Assembly (NCBI GenBank): GCA_965204745.1
Contig: OZ242010.1
Location: forward strand, 2,304,001 to 2,368,000
Direction of reading: 5' to 3'
Origin: Candidatus Latescibacterota bacterium
Lineage (GTDB): Bacteria > Latescibacterota > UBA2968
Length of the DNA: 64,000 nucleotides
Of this stretch, positions 31,132-40,900 are shown in pieces. The notes under the pieces were generated by a model, which did no database searches, was not told the DNA's origin, and was given only the letters and a program-made list of their open reading frames with translations. The translations under genes were made by a program, and so were the position numbers. The stretch's first letter is position 1. Every line of letters starts with the position of its first letter.

Positions 31132-31835
31132 ACGCGAAAATTGAGAAGCAATTTCGAGCGCCTTATGGCGCGCCCAACGGGTTGCAACTGACAGCCGAGG
31201 GCTTGTGGATCGTCGATCAAGCGACCGACCGCGTGGCATTGATGAGCATGGACGAAGCCGCGGACGATGATTACGGCACTCGGCGATTGTTGCGGGACAT
31301 TCCGTCCGAATCCTCGAATACCAGTGGCATGGCCGCAGGCGATGGCTCCTTGTGGCTGGCGGCCAATGGGCCGGGCAAACGCTGGCGCCTGCCGCGTGCA
31401 ACAGACGCGCTTCAAGGCGATGTTTTGCGCGTGGACCCCCAAACCGGAGCCACGCAAGGCCGTTGGGCATTGCCCACCGGCGGCGGCACGCACGGTATCG
31501 AATACGACGCGATTGAACCGGGCACGCTTTGGCTGACGACCTTGAAAGAACAGACCTTGACGCAGGTGCGGATTGACGATTGGGCCGTGTTGCACACAGT
31601 CAAACTCCCCTTGCCGCGCGCGCATGGGGTGGTGCGTCTGGACGAGGATGCGATTTGGGTGGTTCACACCGGGCATCGGGTCATCGTCAAATTGGATTTG
31701 GCGAGCAGTGCAGAACGCGACCGCATCGACGTGCCCGAACCGCATCCCGAACCCCATGGGCTGTCCGCGTGTGCGGATGGGTTCTTGTATTGCGACGCCA
31801 CCTCCGGCTGGGTGTCGAAAATCTCGTGTCGATAA
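31128..31835 (+). CDS. Beta-propeller protein (Vgb/glutaminyl-cyclase-like repeats)
   Basis: Repeating PNGL/THGI/AHGV/PHGL...LW blades; ATGA overlap with the peptidase. Confidence 0.65.
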   Translation: MNAKIEKQFRAPYGAPNGLQLTAEGLWIVDQATDRVALMSMDEAADDDYGTRRLLRDIPSESSNTSGMAAGDGSLWLAANGPGKRWRLPRATDALQGDVLRVDPQTGATQGRWALPTGGGTHGIEYDAIEPGTLWLTTLKEQTLTQVRIDDWAVLHTVKLPLPRAHGVVRLDEDAIWVVHTGHRVIVKLDLASSAERDRIDVPEPHPEPHGLSACADGFLYCDATSGWVSKISCR

Positions 31836-31860
31836 TCGCCGCCGGCGCGACAAACTCATT

Positions 31861-31884
31861 CCCCGGCCCGCCGGGGTTTTTTTC
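31861..31884 (+). terminator. Intrinsic terminator
   Basis: CCCCGG-CCCG-CCGGGG followed by T7. Confidence 0.7.
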
Positions 31885-31917
31885 TGTTGTCGCCAGCGGT
31901 TCAAGGGGACAGGCACT

Positions 31918-34900
31918 ATGTCTCGTTCACACGTCCAGCGAGCGATTCTCATTTTGTCAATCGCGCTGCTGATCTACCCGTTTGCCAATGCGCTGTTCGG
32001 CGAGGATGCGAGGGCCGCAGGCGCGGTGCACAATCCGGATTTCGACGGCAATGGCGTCGTGGATTTTGACGACTTTTCGTTGCTGGCGAGGATGTTCGGG
32101 ATGCGCCGAGGCGACGCCGGGTATGAAGATCGGTTCGATCTCAACCGCGACGGTGTGATTGGGTTTCGGGATTTTTTGATCTTCATCCAGCATTTTGGGC
32201 AAGTCGCGCCCGTGCCGGTGGAGGCGATCCCCGCGCGTCAAGTGCATGTGGGCAGCGATCCCCTGCGCGTGGATGTGGCGGAGTATTTCTACGATGCCAA
32301 TGGCGATGCGTTGCGCTATGCGGCCTCGTCCGATGATGAGGCCATCGCGAGCGTGCGCGTGTCAGAGGCCGTGGTGGCAATAGCGCCGGTGGGCGTGGGC
32401 AACGCGACGATCACCGTGACCGCGATAGATGGAGCGGCCTTGTGCGCGACGCAGACCATCGCCGTAACCGTGACCCTGTTTGCACGCACGCCCCTCACGC
32501 GCGAGTTGGACGAAAACGCGCCGGCCGGTGAACCCGTGGGGGATCCGGTTTCCGTGCCGGGTCTCTCTGGCCTCGCGTACAGCCTGACCGGGGCAGATGC
32601 GGATAGTTTTGACATCGACGCACGCACCGGGCAAATTCGCACGCGGAAAGGCATAACGTATGACCACGAGCGCGACGAGACCTTTTCCCTCAACGTGGTC
32701 GCAACCACTGGGGACGACGCAGACAGCATCGCCGTGACCATCTCCGTCATGGATGTGAACGAACCGCCCTCATTGCCGCCATCCAATTTTCACGTCATTC
32801 CCGGGAATCAGTCTTTGAGTGTCCACTTCCACGCAGCGCGAGACGAACCCGGCAAACCGCCCGTGCTCGGGTATCACGCAGAGATCCGCACGGGCGAGGA
32901 AGGCGACTGGGTCAACCGCAAGACCATCTACGGGCGCACCAACAACACGGCGTTCTATGCGGACTTGGGCCAAGTGCCTCGGTATCGAGACCCAAGCCTG
33001 CAAAACGGTCAACGCTACCAAATTCGCATTCGCACCTGGAACGCAGAGGGCGAGAGCGATTGGGCAGAACCCGTGTCCGGCGTGCCGGTCTATATCCCAC
33101 CCCCGCCCATTGCCCACGTCACCGCGCCTGCGCCGTTTGAGCAGGACGACCAGGCGCGAGTCGATCTTTCGGACGTCACCGGCCAAGGCGGCAGAATCAC
33201 CATAGCAAAAAACGCCCTTGCAGACGACGCCATCCAATCGGCCTTCGCGACAATTTTGGCGGTTTCCAATTTCCCGGCGATCCCCTCGCAGACGGGATTT
33301 GCCGTTTCTGAGGGAGGGGCAATTTTCGACATAACCCTGAAGGCGCGCCTCGCAAATGGCGAGGAGGTGGATATTGGCGGCGATTTGCGCGTGCCTGTCG
33401 AGATTTGTCTGCCAGTGCCCGAGGGCATTTCCAATCCGGTGATTATCCACTACGCAAATGCGTGGGAAATGCTCGAAACCCAGCGCGTGGATGGCAATGC
33501 GATCTGCGCCCACGCCGCCACCTTTTCGTATTATGGCGTTGGGGTGGCGTTCAACGATGTGCCTGAATTTGATATTTTTACGCAACCTCTGACCATTCCC
33601 GAAAACACCGCGGCAGGCCAGAATGTTGGAAATCCAGTAACGGCGACCGATAGCGATGGGGGCACGCTGGTCTATAGTCTTGAAGGCGCGGATGCGGCCA
33701 GTTTCGACATAGATGCAGCCACGGGTCAGATCGAGACCAAGGCGGGTGTCACCTACAACTACGAGGCGAAGAACAGCTACGCTGTGAAGGTGAAAGTGAT
33801 CGATGGTCAAGGCGGCAGTGCGACGATTCCCGTGACCATCACCCTGACCGATGTGGATGGCGAGGCACCGGGCAAGGCCGCTGTGCCAAGTGTATCTATG
33901 GCTTCATCGACGAGTCTGACCGCGACTTGGACAACCCCTGCGAACACAGGCCCGCCGATCACCGATTACGATGTGCAGTATCGCGTGGGCAACAGCGGCG
34001 CGTTCACCGATTGGCCTCATAGTGGTACAGGGTTGACCACGACAATTACGGGCTTAACCGCGAATATGAGCTATGAGGTTCAAGTGCGGGCGAAAAATGC
34101 CGAGGGGACAGGTGCATGGTCTAATTCGGGCGGCGGGACGACCTCCAACCTGCCTTCCCTGTCGATCAACTCGCCGAGCGTGACAGAGGGGAACAGCAGT
34201 TCGGTGACATTGCAATTCACAGTGACGCTCAGTCCTGCGAGTGGTCAGCAGGTGACCGTGGCGTATGCGGATACCTTGACGGGCACGGCGACTTCAGGAA
34301 CGGATTACACAGCCCTCACCGCTGGCACATTGACCTTTGCGGCGAGTGAGACGAGCAAGACCTTTGACCTATCCATAACCGGCGATACGATAGATGAGCC
34401 AAACGAGACGGTGATCGTCAAGTTGAGCAGTCCGACCAATGCGACTATCGCAACGCGCATAGGCACCGGAACGATTACCGATGACGATGACACGCCAAAA
34501 GTAACGCTAGTTCTGAATCCTACGGCGATAAATGAGAACAGCGGTGTAACGACCGTGACCGCGACATTGAACCGGGCATCGAGCCAAGCGACCACGATCA
34601 CGGTATCGGCGGCCCCTGGCACGAATGCGGTGGCGGCGGACTTCACGGTGAGCGCGAACAAAAAGTTGACCATAGCGACCGGTCAGACGACGAGTACGGG
34701 AGCCGTGACGATCACGGCCAACGACAACAATCGGGACGATCCGAACAAGGAAGTGACCGTCTCGGCAACCGCAAACAACGGGCAGGGCATCACCGCGCCG
34801 GACAATGTGACGCTGACGATCAATGATGACGATGGCGCCCCTGCTTTGTCGATCAATTCCCCGAGCGTGACAGAGGGTAACAGCGGTTCGGTGACATTGC

Positions 34901-37900
34901 AATTCACAGTGACGCTCAGTCCTGCGAGTGGTCAACAAGTCACCGTGGCGTATGCGGATACCTTGACGGGTACAGCGACTTCAGGGACGGATTACACAGC
35001 CCTCACCGCTGGCACCCTGACCTTTGCGGCGAGTGAGACGAGCAAGACGTTCGACCTATCCGTAACCGGCGATACAATAGATGAGCCAAACGAGACGGTG
35101 ATCGTCAAGTTGAGCAGTCCGACCAATGCGACTATCGCAACGCGCACAGGCACGGGCACGATTACCGATGACGATGACACGCCAAAGGTGACGCTGGTTC
35201 TGAATCCTACTGCGATAGATGAGAACAGCGGTGTAACGACCGTGACCGCGACGCTGAACCGAGCATCGAGCCAAGCGACCACGATTACGGTATCGGCGGC
35301 CCCTGGCACGAATGCGGTGGCGGCGGACTTCACGGTGAGCGCGAACAAAAAGTTGACTATCGCCACCGGTCAGACGACGAGCACGGGAGCCGTGACGATC
35401 ACCGCCAACGACAACAATCGGGACGATCCAAACAAGGAAGTGACTGTCTCTGCGACCGCAACCAACGGGCAGGGCATCACCGCACCGGACAATGTGACGC
35501 TGACGATCAATGATGACGATGGCGCGCCTGCTTTGTCGATCAACTCGCCGAGCGTGACAGAGGGCAACAGCAGTTCGGTGACATTGCAATTCACAGTGAC
35601 GCTCAGTCCTGCGAGTGGTCAGCAAGTCACTGTGGCGTATGCGGATACCTTGACGGGCACAGCGACTTCAGGGACAGATTACACAGCCCTCACCGCTGGC
35701 ACCCTGACCTTTGCGGCGAGTGAGACGAGCAAGACGTTCGACCTATCCGTAACCGGCGATACAATAGATGAGCCAAACGAGACGGTGATCGTCAAGTTGA
35801 GCAGTCCGACCAATGCGACTATCACAACGCGCATAGGCACGGGCACGATTACCGATGACGATGACACGCCAAAGGTAACGCTGGTTCTGAATCCTACGGC
35901 GATCAATGAGAACAGCGGTGTGACTACTGTGGCCGCGACATTAAACCGAGCATCGAGCCAAGCGACGACGATTACGGTATCGGCGGCCCCTGGCACGAAT
36001 GCGGTGGCGGCGGACTTCACGGTGAGCGCGAACAAAAAGTTGACTATCGCCACTGGTCAGACGACGAGTACGGGAGCAGTAACGATCACAGCTAACGACA
36101 ACAATCGGGACGATCCAAACAAGGAAGTGACCGTCTCGGCGACTGCAAACAACGGACAGGGCATCACCGCGCCGGACAATGTGACGCTGACGATCAATGA
36201 TGACGATGGCGCGCCTGCTTTGTCGATCAACTCGCCGAGCGTGACAGAGGGGAACAGCGGGCCGGTGACATTGCAATTCACAGTGATGCTCAGTCCTGCG
36301 AGTGGTCAGCAGGTGACCGTGGCGTATGCGGATACCTTGACGGGCACGGCGACTTCAGGGACGGATTACACAGTGCTCACCGCTGGCACATTGACCTTTG
36401 CGGCGAGTGAGACGAGCAAGACATTTGACCTATCCGTAACCGGCGATACAATAGATGAGCCAAATGAGACGGTGATCGTCAAGTTGAGCAGTCCGACCAA
36501 TGCGACTATTGCAACGCGCATAGGCACGGGCACGATTACCGATGACGATGACACGCCAAAAGTGACGCTGGTTCTGAATCCTACGGCGATCAATGAGAAC
36601 AGCGGTGTGACGACCGTGACCGCGACGCTGAACCGAGCATCGAGCCAAGCGACGACGATTACGGTATCGGCGGCCCCTGGCACGAACGCGGTGGCGGCGG
36701 ACTTCACGGTGAGCGCGAACAAAAAGTTGACCATCGCCACCGGTCAGACGGCGAGCACGGGAGCCGTGACGATCACAGCCAACGACAACAATCGGGACGA
36801 TCCAAACAAGGAAGTGACCGTCTCGGCGACTGCAAACAACGGGCAGGGCATCACCGCGCCGGACAATGTGACGCTGACGATCAATGATGACGATGGCACG
36901 CCTGCTTTGTCGATCAACTCGCCGAGCGTGACAGAGGGGAACAGCGGGCCGGTGACATTGCAATTCACAGTGACGCTCAGTCCTGCGAGTGGTCAACAGG
37001 TGACCGTGGCGTATGCGGATACCTTGACGGGCACGGCGACTTCAGGAACGGATTACACAGCCCTCACCGCTGGCACATTGACCTTTGCGGCGAGTGAGAC
37101 GAGCAAGACCTTTGACCTATCCATAACCGGCGATACCATAGATGAGCCAAACGAGACGGTGATCGTCAAGTTGAGCAGTCCGACCAATGCGACTATCGCA
37201 ACGCGCACAGGCACCGGGACGATTACCGATGACGATGACACGCCAAAGGTGACGCTGGTTCTAAATCCTACGGCGATAAATGAGAACAGCGGTGTGACGA
37301 CCGTGACCGCGACATTGAACCGAGCATCGAGCCAAGCGACGACGATCACGGTATCGACGGCCCCTGGCACGAATGCGGTGGCGTCGGACTTCACGGTGAG
37401 CGCGAACAAAAAGTTGACCATCGCGACCGGTCAGACGACGAGCACGGGGGCCGTGACGATCACAGCCAACGACAACAATCGGGACGATCCAAACAAGGAA
37501 GTGACCGTCTCGGCGACCGCAACCAACGGGCAGGGCATCACCGCGCCGGACAATGTGACGCTGACGATCAATGATGACGATGCCACGCCAAAGGTAACGC
37601 TGGTTCTGAATCCTACGGCGATCAATGAGAACAGCGGTGTAACGACCGTGACCGCGACGCTAAACCGAGCATCGAGTCAAGCGACGACGATTACGGTATC
37701 GGCGGCCCCTGGCACGAATGCGGTGGCGGCGGACTTCACGGTGAGCGCGAACAAAAAGTTGACCATCGCGACTGGTCAGACGACGAGCACGGGAGCAGTA
37801 ACGATCACAGCCAACGACAACAATCGGGACGATCCAAACAAGGAAGTGACCGTCTCGGCGACCGCAAACAACGGACAGGGCATCACCGCGCCGGACAATG

Positions 37901-40900
37901 TGACGCTGACGATCAATGATGACGATGGCGCGCCTGCTTTGTCGATCAACTCGCCGAGCGTGACAGAGGGGAACATCGGTTCGGTGACATTGCAATTCAC
38001 AGTGACGCTCAGTCCTGCAAGTGGTCAACAGGTGACCGTGGCGTATGCGGATACCTTGACGGGCACAGCGACTTCAGGGACGGATTACACAGCACTCACC
38101 GCTGGCACCTTGACCTTTGCGGCGAGTGAGACGAGCAAGACCTTTGACGTATCCATAACCGGCGATACGATAGATGAGCCAAACGAGACGGTGATCGTCA
38201 AGTTGAGCAGTCCGACCAATGCGACTATCACAACGCGCATAGGCACGGGCACGATTACCGATGACGATGACACGCCAAAGGTAACGCTGGTTCTGACTCC
38301 TACGGCGATAAATGAGAACAGCGGTGTAACGACCGTGACCGCAACGCTGAACCGAGCATCGAGCCAAGCGACGACGATTACGGTATCGGCGGCCCCTGGC
38401 ACGAACGCGGTGGCGGCGGACTTCACGGTGAGCGCGAACAAAAAGTTGACCATCGCCACTGGTCAGACGGCGAGCACGGGAGCCGTGACGATCACGGCCA
38501 ACGACAACAATCGGGACGATCCGAACAAGGAAGTGACCGTCTCGGCGACTGCAAACAACGGGCAGGGCATCACCGCGCCGGACAATGTGACGCTGACGAT
38601 CAATGATGACGATGGCGCACCTGCTTTGTCGATCAACTCGCCGAGCGTGACAGAGGGCAACAGCGGGCCGGTGACATTGCAATTCACAGTGACGCTCAGT
38701 CCTGCGAGTGGTCAACAGGTGACCGTGGCGTATGCGGATACCTTGACGGGCACAGCGACTTCAGGGACGGATTACACAGCCCTCACCGCTGGCACCCTGA
38801 CCTTTGCGGTGAGTGAGACGAGCAAGACGTTCGACGTATCCATAACCGGCGATACAATAGATGAGCCAAACGAGACGGTGATCGTCAAGTTGAGCAGTCC
38901 GACCAATGCGACTATCGCAACGCGCATAGGCACGGGCACGATTACCGATGACGATGACGCGCCAAAGGTAACGCTGGTTCTGAATCCTACGGCGATCAAT
39001 GAGAACAGCGGTATAACGACCGTGACCGCGACGCTGAACCGGGCATCGAGCCAAGCGACCACGATTACGGTATCGGCGGCCCCTGGCACGAATGCGGTGG
39101 CGACGGACTTCACGGTGAGCGCGAACAAAAAGTTGACCATCGCCACCGGTCAAACGACGAGCACGGGGGCCGTGACGATTACAGCCAACGACAACAATCG
39201 GGACGATCCGAACAAGGAAGTGACCGTCTCGGCGACCGCAAACAACGGACAGGGCATCACCGCACCGGACAATGTGACGCTGACGATCAATGATGACGAT
39301 GGCGCGCCTGCTTTGTCGATCAACTCGCCGAGCGTGACAGAGGGGAACAGCGGGCCGGTGACATTGCAATTCACAGTGACGCTCAGTCCTGCGAGTGGTC
39401 AACAGGTGACCGTGGCGTATGCGGATACCTTGACGGGCACGGCGACTTCAGGAACGGATTACACAGCCCTCACCGCTGGCACATTGACCTTTGCGGCGAG
39501 TGAGACGAGCAAGACCTTTGACCTATCCATAACCGGCGATACGATAGATGAGCCAAACGAGACGGTGATCGTCAAGTTGAGCAGTCCGACCAATGCGACT
39601 ATCGCAACGCGCACAGGCACCGGGACGATTACCGATGACGATGACACGCCAAAGGTAACGCTGGTTCTGACTCCTACGGCGATAAATGAGAACAGCGGTG
39701 TAACGACCGTGACCGCAACGCTGAACCGAGCATCGAGCCAAGCGACAACGATCACGGTATCGGCGGCCCCTGGCACGAATGCGGTGGCGTCGGACTTCAC
39801 GGTGAGCGCGAACAAAAAGTTGACCATCGCCACTGGTCAGACGGCGAGCACGGGAGCCGTGACGATTGCGGCGGTGGACAACTATGTAAACGCGCCGAAC
39901 AAGTCGGTGACTGTCTCGGCAACCGCAACCAACGGGCACGGCATCACCGCGCCGGATAATGTGACGCTGACGATCCGCAATGACGATGTGATGACCGCGG
40001 GAATATGTAACCGCACCCAGGCGGTTCAAAGCGCGATCCTCGCCAGCCTGGTCAACCGCACGCTTTGTAATGAGGTCACAACTTCGGACCTGTCCGGGAT
40101 CACGGGATCCTTGGACTTCCGTAATCAATCCATCACCACCTTGAAGGCAAATGACTTCTCGGGATTGTCCAGCCTGGTAACCCTGCGGATTGACAGAAAC
40201 AGTTTGACCACCCTGCCCGCGACCCTATTTTCTGGCTTGACCAGCCTGCGAACCCTGCGCCTCAATCACAATCAGTTGAGCACGCTTCCCAGCACGATAT
40301 TCTCCAACTTGTCCACTGTGAATAGGCTGACGCTGAACAACAACAGTTTGACCACCCTGCCCGCGACCCTATTTTCTGGCTTGACCGGCTTGACCCGGTT
40401 GGAGTTGCGGAATAACACCGGCGCGCCCTTCACCTTCACGCTGGCACTAGAACGCACAGACAATACGGACTTGACTGCCGCCGGACCTGCGACGATTGTG
40501 GTCAAAGTTGCCGAGGGCGCGCCGTTTGATATGAGCGTCACCCTGTCGGTAACAAGTGGCATGCTGTCGAGTACGACGGCGACCATTTCCAAAGGCAATC
40601 TCCAAAGCGGATCGATCACGCTGACGCAAAGTGGGGGAAATTCAGCCAGAATTTCGATGGCTTCCGCACCCGCAGTGCCGATGGACTACGATGGCATCGC
40701 AACCGCCGTGGGCAACCCGCTCGTGCTGTGGGCCGCGGGAATATGCGGGCGCACGACAGTTGTGAGCGATGCCATCGTAGCTGCGGTGGATGGCATAACA
40801 GATTGCGCCTCGATCACAGACTCGCATGTGCAAGCCGTGACGGGGACGATGGATCTCGGCAATCAGCGCATCAACGCCTTGCGGGCGGGCGATTTTTCGG

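Noticed and set aside
31573-31917. N-terminal extension of the 4026-aa ORF
   Set aside because: It overlaps the upstream gene and crosses a terminator; ATG 31918 gives a signal-like start.
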